The notes beneath the pieces are model-generated. The model was not told where the DNA came from, ran no database searches, and was given only the letters and a program-made list of their open reading frames with translations. Positions 1 through 8,150 of a stretch of DNA of 64,000 nt are shown in pieces. The stretch lies in the IMG/VR virus record IMGVR_UViG_3300025131_000014, positions 1 to 64,000 of that record. The stretch is one strand, 5' to 3'. Origin of the DNA: a virus. Position numbers and translations under genes: made by a program. Each line of letters opens with the position of its first letter. Position 1 is the first letter of the stretch.

Positions 1-76
1 TGGCACGGTGCTCTTAAGACAAAAGACCTATAACCAATAGGCATCGTGTTATATATTATAGCACAATCATTAAATT

Positions 77-403
77 AGCACAAGCAAAGTCGTTACGAAA
101 GAATCTCGAGTTTGTTACCATCTCAAGACCCAACGGGCCAAAGGACTAGTGTGTGAGGGAAAGTTAGTATTAAATATGATGTACATTGTATTTAATCACC
201 TAGACGAGCAACCTACAAGAGATTGTAGTGATGCCATGACTCGCTGCTATAATAAGAGCAATCTTTAGCGGGACAAGTACTATGTTAGTCACACGAAGGG
301 AAACCATAAGTCGTAATTATGAGAGTGAGTAAACAGATAGCAAATGTTTTTTTGTTGGTCAGTGTTCTGAAAGGATACTGTAGGCTTTGCTGTGCTTCTT
401 TTT
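77..403 (+). ncRNA. Candidate structured ncRNA, ~320 nt, family unknown
   Basis: No ORF of 60 aa or more. Closing stem AGCACAAGCAAAGTC (77-91) / GGCTTTGCTGTGCT (383-396) followed by a T-tract. Internal hairpins include CTACAA-GAGA-TTGTAG and AGTGTTCT-GAA-AGGATACT. Confidence 0.55.
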
Positions 404-470
404 GATATTAACAGAAAACAATCGCTTTGTAATCCTGTTAATATGTATACATTAACAGCAAATAGGTGAG

Positions 471-495
471 ATATAAGGCTAGACTAGCCTTATAT
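471..495. repeat. Perfect 12-bp inverted repeat
   Basis: ATATAAGGCTAG-A-CTAGCCTTATAT in non-coding DNA. Confidence 0.8.
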
Positions 496-735
496 TCTTT
501 ACCTTTATAATATTGTAGTAAGTTAGGCATAAGAGTAAGGAGTAGATAGTAGGCTTTTTATATAGATATTCTGATTTATTATCAGTAGTATTTATTTGGA
601 GGCGTAACCTTAGAGGCGGTTTTAACGAATTCTGTTCTCTTATTGTGATTAGCAATAACTGCAATAAGATGCAAGTTTATAATTGTGTCTTTCTTATTAC
701 ATTTTTTTATTTCTTTACCTTTTAAATCTTTAATT

Positions 736-975
736 ATGAAAAACCGATCATTTAAAGAAGCAATTGTAGTTATGTTTATTATAATTTCTACACCTTTTAG
801 TGTAGTACTTGTAACTAAACTATTTGCATTGTTTGTAGGAGTATTATTCGGTTGGCATCACTATCAAGTGATAGTAGGACAACCAGGTGTGTGGGTTCTT
901 GCAACATTTGCAGGGTTATTTGCACATATTTTATTAGTAACAGCCTATCTAGAAGATAGGTATAATTCAAACTAA
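736..975 (+). CDS. Small membrane protein (2 TM), hypothetical
   Basis: ORF 685-975; ATG at 736 after an AT-rich leader is the more likely start; two hydrophobic segments. Confidence 0.6.
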   Translation: MKNRSFKEAIVVMFIIISTPFSVVLVTKLFALFVGVLFGWHHYQVIVGQPGVWVLATFAGLFAHILLVTAYLEDRYNSN

Positions 976-1145
976 TGGAACGTTATATTAAAACATATTA
1001 TGTTCCTTCTTTTGATAAGATACATAAGTTTACAAACAAACTTGTAGCACTAAAGTATCTTAGAACACACGATCTAGACCGAAGTAGTTTATATATTCAT
1101 AAACAACCTGCACCACCTGTAGGATTTATGTTTCCTTCTAGATAA
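975..1145 (+). CDS. Hypothetical protein, 56 aa (below track cutoff)
   Basis: TAATG coupling; MERYIKTYYVPSFDK... Confidence 0.55.
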   Translation: MERYIKTYYVPSFDKIHKFTNKLVALKYLRTHDLDRSSLYIHKQPAPPVGFMFPSR

Positions 1146-1179
1146 TTTTTATATTTTTCACCTTTAAAAACCGATAATT

Positions 1180-1374
1180 ATGAGTAAAACAACAGTAATA
1201 GATCTGTCTATTAATCGTAGACAAATTACTCTCAAAAGAGAGTGGTATAAAGGACTTGCTTTTGGATTTGTAATTCAAAATGATTACAGAGATGTTGAAA
1301 TAATTTTCATACTTCCTTTTATAGCTATACAGCTAGAAATTGAGAAGTCACCATCAAATGGTAAGTATTTATGA
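1180..1374 (+). CDS. Hypothetical early protein
   Basis: ORF preceded by the TTTAAAAACCGAT motif. Confidence 0.7.
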   Translation: MSKTTVIDLSINRRQITLKREWYKGLAFGFVIQNDYRDVEIIFILPFIAIQLEIEKSPSNGKYL

Positions 1375-1487
1375 TTACGATCAAGAATAAGTATTTGTAT
1401 TGGGTAGTAGTTATTACATTATTTGTGATAGCTAACCCAATAACGATACTTGCTTTATTTTTATATGGAGCAAGTCAAGGAATGTAA
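1371..1487 (+). CDS. Small hydrophobic peptide, 38 aa
   Basis: ATGA overlap with the previous ORF; YWVVVITLFVIANPITILALFLY. Confidence 0.5.
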   Translation: MITIKNKYLYWVVVITLFVIANPITILALFLYGASQGM

Positions 1488-1523
1488 GTTATAATATCGT
1501 AACTTTATAAATTATAAATAACT

Positions 1524-2260
1524 TTAGGTTCTGTGAAGATACAGGACACTGAGGGGATGAAATATGCGGTTTAGCGCGATAACTCTAGCAATAGAGTATA
1601 AAGACACTGCGAGGGTTATAGAGCTCTTTCTTTGTTGCCATAGCAATATGGTCAATCTAAACACATGAGTATACAGGAACAATGGGGAAATCCTTAGCGT
1701 TTCTATTTTGATGCCCAATCAGAATTGAGTCAGCGATGACAATAGATATACTTGTAGGGGTGGTTTCGATCAGATTTTATCAGTCTAGGAGGAGTACACT
1801 TCAGTACAACGATATGCTCTTGAGTATAACTCTGTACCGTGATGTTGATAGCATTACAAATAACAGTTAAGTATTTTGTTCTTCAAAAGAGAATGAAGCT
1901 TATCCAAAGGAGCTGTTATTCAATTGGGAAGTCTTTCAAAAGAAAGCAAAATTACTTTGGCGTTATTCATCGAAAGATGGCTAATACTATGCACTTCGGT
2001 GAACATAGTGCTTCAGTTACTCGCAAGGTAGCTGTTGTTTGGATCAGAAAGGTCAAATATGAGGTGGCCGCCTTATAATTGAACTAATTATGATTTGAGT
2101 AGGTGATGACGTTAAGAATGATTGGCTTTACCAATCGCCATTGGCAGTTACTTTGTGCAAACAGAGTGGATATGTTAGTAACCACCTTGACAGGATGGAA
2201 TAAGCTAATTAAAGACTGACCAGATAGGGCTGTAATCTCAGGCTATACCTATCACTTTTT
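1524..2260 (+). ncRNA. Large structured ncRNA, probably GOLLD-type (~730 nt)
   Basis: GC-elevated gap between genes. Hairpins CATC-GAAA-GATG (1968-1979), CAC-TTCG-GTG, CAGTTAC...GCAA...GTAGCTG (2014-2034) and GATTGG-CTTTA-CCAATC (2120-2136). 3' GTAATCTCAG (2232-2241) before a T-tract resembles my recollection of the GOLLD 3' half. Confidence 0.65.
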
Positions 2261-2286
2261 TATTATTTACCTTTAAAACCGATCAA

Positions 2287-2412
2287 ATGAAAAAATTATT
2301 AAACAAAGTATGGACATGGGTAGATGCAAATGATACTAGAAAGTATAATACATTTACCATATTTGTAATATCTTTAACAATTGCCTTAATCTATACAACT
2401 ATAGTATTATGA
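2287..2412 (+). CDS. Small membrane peptide, 41 aa
   Basis: Preceded by TTTAAAACCGAT; ATGA overlap with the next gene; hydrophobic C-terminus. Confidence 0.55.
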   Translation: MKKLLNKVWTWVDANDTRKYNTFTIFVISLTIALIYTTIVL

Positions 2413-2666
2413 AGGAGTATAAAGATATAAATCCGTTATCAGTTGTTGATAATGTGCTTAAAGAAGCATCTGAATGGAATTTAACAGCTGAAGTAGTGTT
2501 ATTTGCACTTAAAATAATAAAAGATAACCCTGAATTAGATCCTTTAACAGCTTTGTTCATTTCAAGAGATGAGTGGGATGTAGCTTCACAAATGCAAGCT
2601 GAAAGAACACATGAACAAGAAACAGAGCTTACTAATCCAATAACTAAAATAGTTAATAAGTTTTGA
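2409..2666 (+). CDS. Hypothetical protein
   Basis: ORF track, coupled to neighbours. Confidence 0.7.
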   Translation: MKEYKDINPLSVVDNVLKEASEWNLTAEVVLFALKIIKDNPELDPLTALFISRDEWDVASQMQAERTHEQETELTNPITKIVNKF

Positions 2667-2944
2667 GTAGATATACTATATATAAGGGCAATTTAGAATT
2701 TGTATATGGATATGATTTTCCATTACAAGAATATTTTTATCAAATATTTGATCACGATATTGATGACGCTGACCAACAGCTAATTGAATGGAAGTCTAAT
2801 AGAACAGACTATATGGCGAGAGACTACTATGCTAAAGGATTAACTTTAGCAGAAATAGCATTGAAGTTTCACCAATTTGGTGTACCGAAAAATGTAGTAG
2901 ACTGTGTATCGTTAGGCATTCCTATTCCAGATAGTAGTTATTAA
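2663..2944 (+). CDS. Hypothetical protein
   Basis: ORF track, TTG start overlapping the upstream stop. Confidence 0.7.
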   Translation: MSRYTIYKGNLEFVYGYDFPLQEYFYQIFDHDIDDADQQLIEWKSNRTDYMARDYYAKGLTLAEIALKFHQFGVPKNVVDCVSLGIPIPDSSY

Positions 2945-2954
2945 AAATTTAACG

Positions 2955-3062
2955 TTTGGATTTGGTTGAAATTCCAAGAGAGAGTCTCATAACCTCTTTC
3001 TAAAATGCACTCATGGAGAAACCTTCACGTGGTGAGTGTGATAGATGCATTTTTATGCATTG
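2955..3062 (+). promoter_or_regulatory. Structured leader upstream of the 179-aa gene
   Basis: AAAATGCA.../...TGCATTTT enclosing CACTCA...TGAGTG, plus an upstream TTGGA/TCCAA hairpin. Confidence 0.4.
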
Positions 3063-3106
3063 ACTAATTCTTCTTTTTATATTTTTTAATTTTTAAATCT
3101 TTAACT

Positions 3107-3646
3107 ATGAATGCAGAATTCGTAAATGAGGGCCAACAAATTAAGTTGGTAGGGATTGCTCTTTCGAGTAATCCAAATGCTACAGTACTTGATGACGAGG
3201 GTACTAACGGTATTAAAGGTCTTGGTGGTAAAATCAATGAGACCAGTGATGGAAGGAAATATTACCTTGCAATTTTTCAAGATTTGGATAATCCGTTCCA
3301 AGCAACTAGATTCAGAGTGATCAGTCAACAATTTGACAGCTCTGGAAATTCTATTTGGAAAGGCGGAGATCCTAGTCAGATCAAAAATTATGTTGGTAAA
3401 GCACTTCCAGGTGCAATTGTAACTAAACAGGTAGAACCTTATCCAGTTACATCACAGGATGGAACAACTAGAACAGTTGATTCATATACTGCGGTTGCAC
3501 TTAAAGGTGAGAACATCGTCCAGTTGTTCAGCAGAGCAGGTCATGAACTAGCGGGAGCTAGTGCTGATACCAGTTCTGAAACATCTACTCCTGATATTGA
3601 GTTAAGCCCTGAAGCTACGGCTGAATTGGGTGCGACTAATATCTAG
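3107..3646 (+). CDS. Hypothetical protein with acidic tail (possible nucleic-acid-binding protein)
   Basis: 179-aa ORF, beta-rich core, acidic low-complexity C-terminus, followed by its own terminator. Confidence 0.8.
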   Translation: MNAEFVNEGQQIKLVGIALSSNPNATVLDDEGTNGIKGLGGKINETSDGRKYYLAIFQDLDNPFQATRFRVISQQFDSSGNSIWKGGDPSQIKNYVGKALPGAIVTKQVEPYPVTSQDGTTRTVDSYTAVALKGENIVQLFSRAGHELAGASADTSSETSTPDIELSPEATAELGATNI

Positions 3647-3662
3647 TAGTTGTTGAGAGATA

Positions 3663-3722
3663 TATAGAGCTAGGTTAGTACTTCGTTACAGTTAAACTAA
3701 CCTAGGCTCTATAATCTTTTTA
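3663..3722 (+). terminator. Intrinsic terminator-like hairpin
   Basis: TATAGAGCTAGGTTAGT...ACTAACCTAGGCTCTATA followed by a T-tract. Confidence 0.7.
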
Positions 3723-3744
3723 TTTTTTAATCTTTAAAACCGAT

Positions 3745-4383
3745 ATGATTATGAAAAAGTGGATAATAGAATTTTTAATATCTCCTGTAGTATTTAGCAT
3801 ATTAGCTACAATATTTATACTATGGGTATTATCATTTACAGCTTGTGGCTGTAAGAAAAGACCTGCTACTCCAATATTAACTTCTACTGTTAAGATGGAT
3901 CAGGCATTAACCTACGCAAAGGAAAATAAAATGGATACTACGGTAGCTATTTTTGTAGATTTTAGTCAACCTGCTTGGATGCAGAGAATGTCATTAGTGG
4001 ACTTACAGGCTAAAACAGTTTTAAGTAAAACTCAAGTTTCTCATGGAATGGGATTAGAGTTTAGTATTAAACCTCGTTTTAGTAATGTAAAAGAAAGTCA
4101 TTTATCTTCATTAGGTAAGTATAAAATAGGTGACAGAGGATGGAGTGTATGGGGTATCAATATAAAATATGTACTTCATGGACTTGAAAGTACTAATGAC
4201 AATGCTTTTGATAGGAATATAGTATTACACTCATGGGAAGTAATTCCTGATAATCAGAGAGTAAGAAAACCTAGGTCTGCTGCTCAAGGTTATGGATGTC
4301 CTGCTGTATCAAATGCATATATGCAGACATTAGATAAAGTATTAAGAGGTAGGAAGAGTGTGCTTTTGTGGATCTATAAATAG
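3745..4383 (+). CDS. Membrane-anchored murein L,D-transpeptidase (YkuD_2-like)
   Basis: N-terminal TM segment; VSHG, FSN...SSLG, LHGLE..NDNA..RNIVLH and catalytic GYGCPAV motifs. Confidence 0.85.
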   Translation: MIMKKWIIEFLISPVVFSILATIFILWVLSFTACGCKKRPATPILTSTVKMDQALTYAKENKMDTTVAIFVDFSQPAWMQRMSLVDLQAKTVLSKTQVSHGMGLEFSIKPRFSNVKESHLSSLGKYKIGDRGWSVWGINIKYVLHGLESTNDNAFDRNIVLHSWEVIPDNQRVRKPRSAAQGYGCPAVSNAYMQTLDKVLRGRKSVLLWIYK

Positions 4384-4386
4384 ACA

Positions 4387-4438
4387 AGAAAGAAAAGATT
4401 TGGAACATTTAATAGTGAATGTTCTTATCTTTTTTTTT
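4387..4438 (+). terminator. Intrinsic terminator
   Basis: AAGA...GAACATTT/GAATGTTC...TCTT stem followed by T9. Confidence 0.65.
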
Positions 4439-4482
4439 AATTATTTAACATTTTAATTATTTAACATTTTAATTGGTTTAAC
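4437..4482. repeat. 16-bp tandem repeat, ~2.8 copies
   Basis: TTAATTATTTAACATT twice, then degenerate TTAATTGGTTTAACAT running into the ATG at 4483. Confidence 0.7.
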
Positions 4483-4653
4483 ATGAATATGGATTGGACA
4501 TTTTATAATGATAAGGGACAAAATTTTAATGTTTGGATGAATCGTCCTAATGCTGATGTATTACTTGAAGCTTTAAATAAGACAGAAGCAAGGTCTTCAA
4601 ATCAATTTTGGTCACTTGTTACTACTGAGGAATATATAAACAAAATAATATGA
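4483..4653 (+). CDS. Hypothetical protein, 56 aa
   Basis: Open frame MNMDWTFYNDKG...; ATGA overlap with the next gene. Confidence 0.55.
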   Translation: MNMDWTFYNDKGQNFNVWMNRPNADVLLEALNKTEARSSNQFWSLVTTEEYINKII

Positions 4654-4925
4654 TAGGTAAATATAGTATGGCGGACTTTAAAACAGTCCATAATGCCCTT
4701 CATTCAGACAGAACGTTTGTAGTAATTGGAGGGAAGAAGTATGAAATAATGAAACGTTCTAACAACTGTAGAGCTGTCAAATTAGATGGTGGTCCTATGG
4801 TTATGGAACAAAACAAGACAAAGAACTCGAGTTATGCGGAAAGAGCCAGAAATGGAGAGCATATTAGTTGGATTATGAAAGGTCCGTCCTGGGGTTATAT
4901 TGATGACAAAATAATACGATTATGA
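4650..4925 (+). CDS. Hypothetical protein
   Basis: ORF track. Confidence 0.75.
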   Translation: MIGKYSMADFKTVHNALHSDRTFVVIGGKKYEIMKRSNNCRAVKLDGGPMVMEQNKTKNSSYAERARNGEHISWIMKGPSWGYIDDKIIRL

Positions 4926-5026
4926 AACAATTAATAGAATGGTTTGAAATAGGTTCTACATTGTTTGTAGTTATGATGGCTATCTTTACGATAGTTGTTA
5001 TACTAGATCATGCAGGATTGTTTTAA
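4922..5026 (+). CDS. Small membrane peptide, 34 aa
   Basis: ATGA overlap; one hydrophobic stretch. Confidence 0.45.
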   Translation: MKQLIEWFEIGSTLFVVMMAIFTIVVILDHAGLF

Positions 5027-5042
5027 AAAAAATTAGTAAATT

Positions 5043-5240
5043 ACATGTGAACGATTATCTCTTAAGACGACATAGGCACTCAAGCAGTCATATATGTTTA
5101 TAGTTTCCATGGGTAACTGGGTTACCTACTGTATGGATGATAAGTCCAACAGTCTGTGTAAGCTTCTTAAACATCTATATCACTCAAAGGGATCTCTAAA
5201 CCGCTTTTAAGTGTAAAGGATAATCTTCATGTGTTTTTTT
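5043..5240 (+). ncRNA. Candidate ~190-nt rod-shaped ncRNA (6S-like architecture)
   Basis: ACATGTGAACGATTATCT / GGATAATCTTCATGT closing stem, CTTAAGA/TTTTAAG, a central bubble, ATATATGTTTA/TAAACATCTATAT, then T7. Confidence 0.55.
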
Positions 5241-5248
5241 AAAATGAA

Positions 5249-5554
5249 ATGAATATGATAAAGTTTAATCATAAAGATGACTCTTATTTTGGGGCTTTAG
5301 GGGTCTCAATAAAAAGATTTGAAGAAATTCAAGATATATTCAAGAAAAATATTACTTCTGTATCCAGAATAGGAACTAAATCTATGGGAGTAGAGAAACT
5401 TCTTGAAATAATTAATCCTAAAAATGCGTCTGAAATCTTTGTAATAGGAATATTAATGGGAGGATATGATGCACATGCTGTAATGTACCGAAAAATGGTA
5501 GATGATATGCGAGATAAATTTAAAATAAAAGGTGATAATATTGATGATTTTTAA
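5249..5554 (+). CDS. Hypothetical protein
   Basis: ORF track. Confidence 0.75.
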   Translation: MNMIKFNHKDDSYFGALGVSIKRFEEIQDIFKKNITSVSRIGTKSMGVEKLLEIINPKNASEIFVIGILMGGYDAHAVMYRKMVDDMRDKFKIKGDNIDDF

Positions 5555-5604
5555 TTGTTAATGTTATTATTTATTAAGTAACTTATAAAACTAAAACTAT
5601 AAAA

Positions 5605-6102
5605 ATGAAGAATTTAGTCAATAGATTGGAAAAACTTAAATCATTTTCTGATAATCTTAGAAGTAAGATTGAAGATCTTAATGATCAAAATGGTTATTTA
5701 GAAAGTATAGATGAGATTGCAAAACTTGCATTAGAGAATAAAGATGCACAAGTAAAGATTAAGGTAATGTTTGAAGTAGAATATCCTGAAGCTATTAGAG
5801 AAAATATAGACCCTGAAGGAGGAACAGCTCAATCTTTATTAGAAACTTTATGTGGGTCTCAAGATCCTGAAGCATTTACTAAAAACCTAGGTATGTTAAG
5901 ACATAAGATAGGAGGAGGTGATGTAGGAAAAGGACAAAAGGTTAATTTATCTAAAACTGTAAGATTAGATAATCTAGACAATATTGTGTTTTTAAGTATA
6001 TTAACTAATGTTTATCAAGAAGTTAAGAAACATAATACTACTGAACAGATTAAAATTATGAAAATTATTGAACGTCAAGAAAGTAAATTAAAAGTAGAAT
6101 AA
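5605..6102 (+). CDS. Hypothetical coiled-coil protein
   Basis: ORF track; heptad-rich N-terminus. Confidence 0.75.
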   Translation: MKNLVNRLEKLKSFSDNLRSKIEDLNDQNGYLESIDEIAKLALENKDAQVKIKVMFEVEYPEAIRENIDPEGGTAQSLLETLCGSQDPEAFTKNLGMLRHKIGGGDVGKGQKVNLSKTVRLDNLDNIVFLSILTNVYQEVKKHNTTEQIKIMKIIERQESKLKVE

Positions 6103-6734
6103 TGGGTATGGATATATATGGTATTAAACCAATTAAACTTATTGCAGATAGTATAGAACCAATTCGGCCTTTAGATGAGGCAAATGATAAAGAGTGGAGT
6201 ATCTATCTGAAAGCTCAGGATAAATATAGAGAAGAAGTAGAACCTGGGCAATATTTTAGAGCTAATGTATGGGCATGGAGGCCTATACATGCTATGTGTG
6301 TTGTAGTTAATTCTGCATGTGACTTAAAGCTTAATATGCATAATTGGGAAAATAATAGTGGAGCAGGACTTGATACTCAAGAAGAGTGTACTAAACTAGC
6401 TGATGGGATTGAAGATGAAATGAAAATCTTTGAAGCTCAAGGAATCGGTAAAGTATATTTAGATGGAGGAATGTATTGTAAAATAAAAGGTGTAGATAGT
6501 ACAGCTTTAGGAATTGGAGATAGTGAATTTGTAACTAAAGAAGAAGAGGTGGGTAAATATAAAGAAGCAATACAGTATCTAAAGAGTCAAGGAGCATATG
6601 CAACAAAGCCTTATTTAATAGAAGATTCTAAAGATGAGTATGTTCTTATTGAACCTGCGTATTCAGTCTATCTTTCACATATTAGGGATTTTGTTAGATT
6701 TTTGCGAAATTGTGGTGGCTTTGAGATTTGGTAA
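6102..6734 (+). CDS. Conserved phage hypothetical protein
   Basis: MGMDIYG...YFRANVWAWRP...FLRNCGGFEIW pattern typical of a widespread uncharacterised phage family. Confidence 0.8.
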   Translation: MGMDIYGIKPIKLIADSIEPIRPLDEANDKEWSIYLKAQDKYREEVEPGQYFRANVWAWRPIHAMCVVVNSACDLKLNMHNWENNSGAGLDTQEECTKLADGIEDEMKIFEAQGIGKVYLDGGMYCKIKGVDSTALGIGDSEFVTKEEEVGKYKEAIQYLKSQGAYATKPYLIEDSKDEYVLIEPAYSVYLSHIRDFVRFLRNCGGFEIW

Positions 6735-6737
6735 GGG

Positions 6738-6995
6738 ATGGCACGGAAGGGAAAAAAGCAAGTATTCTATTTAGATCACATGGATAAAATTATTCATATA
6801 TCAGTTAAAGACGGAATGGCTACAGTAGACAAATGTCCAAAGGGATGTGTTATACTTATTAAAGATTATGATACTCAAGATACTGACGGATCTGTACATA
6901 AAAAGTATAAAGATGCAGATGGAGAGTATACTCTTGAAATAGTTGATTATGTTAATGTTAATTTTATAGAAAAGGAAGATGAAAAAAGTAAGTAA
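6738..6995 (+). CDS. Hypothetical protein
   Basis: ORF track. Confidence 0.7.
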   Translation: MARKGKKQVFYLDHMDKIIHISVKDGMATVDKCPKGCVILIKDYDTQDTDGSVHKKYKDADGEYTLEIVDYVNVNFIEKEDEKSK

Positions 6996-7072
6996 TGTTT
7001 ATTATAAATTCGAAACTTGGTTTAATAGAAAGTTTTGGATGTATTTAGTGAGTCCTAATAAAATGGAAGAGT

Positions 7073-7297
7073 ATGTCAAAAGGAATGTCAGCAAATAAAA
7101 ATTTAGGAGGACTTCATAATCTTACTATTACTAAGAAAAGTGTAGTAGATCTTAAAGAAGCTTTAGATAAAGCTTTATTACTTGGAGAGACTAAGTTTAA
7201 ATTCCAAAATTTACAAGTTACAACAGTTTATGCTCAATATATTATAAGATATTATGGAGAAGAAGGGAAACAAAAAAGGAATATTAGGTACCGTTAA
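7073..7297 (+). CDS. Hypothetical protein
   Basis: ORF track. Confidence 0.6.
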   Translation: MSKGMSANKNLGGLHNLTITKKSVVDLKEALDKALLLGETKFKFQNLQVTTVYAQYIIRYYGEEGKQKRNIRYR

Positions 7298-7406
7298 ACA
7301 AGTTATTGTTTTTTCGTGGTATACTTTTTTAATTTTTGTTACTCTGCTCTTTATGTTATTTTTTTTATTAGGTAGTGGATTAGTCGCCCTAGTGCGGCGA
7401 AAGTGA
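7254..7406 (+). CDS. Small membrane peptide, 50 aa
   Basis: MEKKGNKK...VIVFSWYTFLIFVTLLFMLFFLLGSGLVALVRRK. Confidence 0.5.
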   Translation: MEKKGNKKGILGTVKQVIVFSWYTFLIFVTLLFMLFFLLGSGLVALVRRK

Positions 7407-7510
7407 TAATCTTTATTGTTTGTTAATGTTACGAGATTCTTTCTAAACAATAAAGAAGGAGGATGTCTTCTATGCTGTTAGGCATCCTCCGCACTTTCTA
7501 AATTTAAATT

Positions 7511-7684
7511 ATGTACGGTAAAAAAGAAAAATTATTTAAAATGAAGAAGTATAGATTAATCTATGTTCCTATAGGAAAGGAAGATAGAGAATGGATATAT
7601 ATTTATGCCGCTAGTAAAGAGGCTGCGATCAGGAAAGCTGATAAATATGGAATTATTATTGACTTAAATGAAGAAACAGAATGA
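7511..7684 (+). CDS. Hypothetical protein, 57 aa
   Basis: Open frame after an AT-rich leader; ATGA overlap with the next ORF. Confidence 0.5.
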   Translation: MYGKKEKLFKMKKYRLIYVPIGKEDREWIYIYAASKEAAIRKADKYGIIIDLNEETE

Positions 7685-7848
7685 GTTATATTAAAAGAGC
7701 AATAGAAGAAATACAGGCTAGAGGATGGCCTGTAAATGATGAGTCTTTAAAAAGACTAGTGGATACAATCCATAAAGAACAAGAACAATTAGTTCGTGAT
7801 TCAGTAAAAGCTAAAAAGAATGAAAATAGAGGAAAGACTAAAAAATAA
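7681..7848 (+). CDS. Hypothetical protein, 55 aa
   Basis: MSYIKRAIEEIQARGWPVN... Confidence 0.5.
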   Translation: MSYIKRAIEEIQARGWPVNDESLKRLVDTIHKEQEQLVRDSVKAKKNENRGKTKK

Positions 7849-8146
7849 AGATCTAAAAATGGCACAATTTGTTGATAAAATTATTAGAGATTACTTTTGG
7901 GAAAACGGTCCTAGATTTATCCAAGGTTTTGATGACTTGACTGATAAAGAGTCAGATCATATTATAAATATGGGGAAAACATTATTATTAGCTCGAGATG
8001 GAGTGTTTATGTTTCCTGGACATTTTATAGATGCTGTATTAAAGAATGATTTACTGGAAGCTTTCAGTAGAGCAGATAATACTAATGTGAAGGCAATTCA
8101 TTGGTATTTGTTAATTAAACTTAATATTGCCAAGTTAAATACATGA
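7820..8146 (+). CDS. Hypothetical protein
   Basis: ORF track; PGHFIDAVLKNDL..AFSRAD motif. Confidence 0.75.
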   Translation: MKIEERLKNKDLKMAQFVDKIIRDYFWENGPRFIQGFDDLTDKESDHIINMGKTLLLARDGVFMFPGHFIDAVLKNDLLEAFSRADNTNVKAIHWYLLIKLNIAKLNT

Positions 8147-8150
8147 TGTT

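Noticed and set aside
144-345. RNase P or group I intron identity for the left-end RNA
   Set aside because: Only fragmentary resemblance (GAGGGAAAGT; GACTA/TAGTC); other core elements and a host exon are not evident
1524-2078. ORFs 1524-1718 (-) and 1839-2078 (+)
   Set aside because: Atypical composition and non-ATG starts; they lie within the structured GOLLD-like RNA
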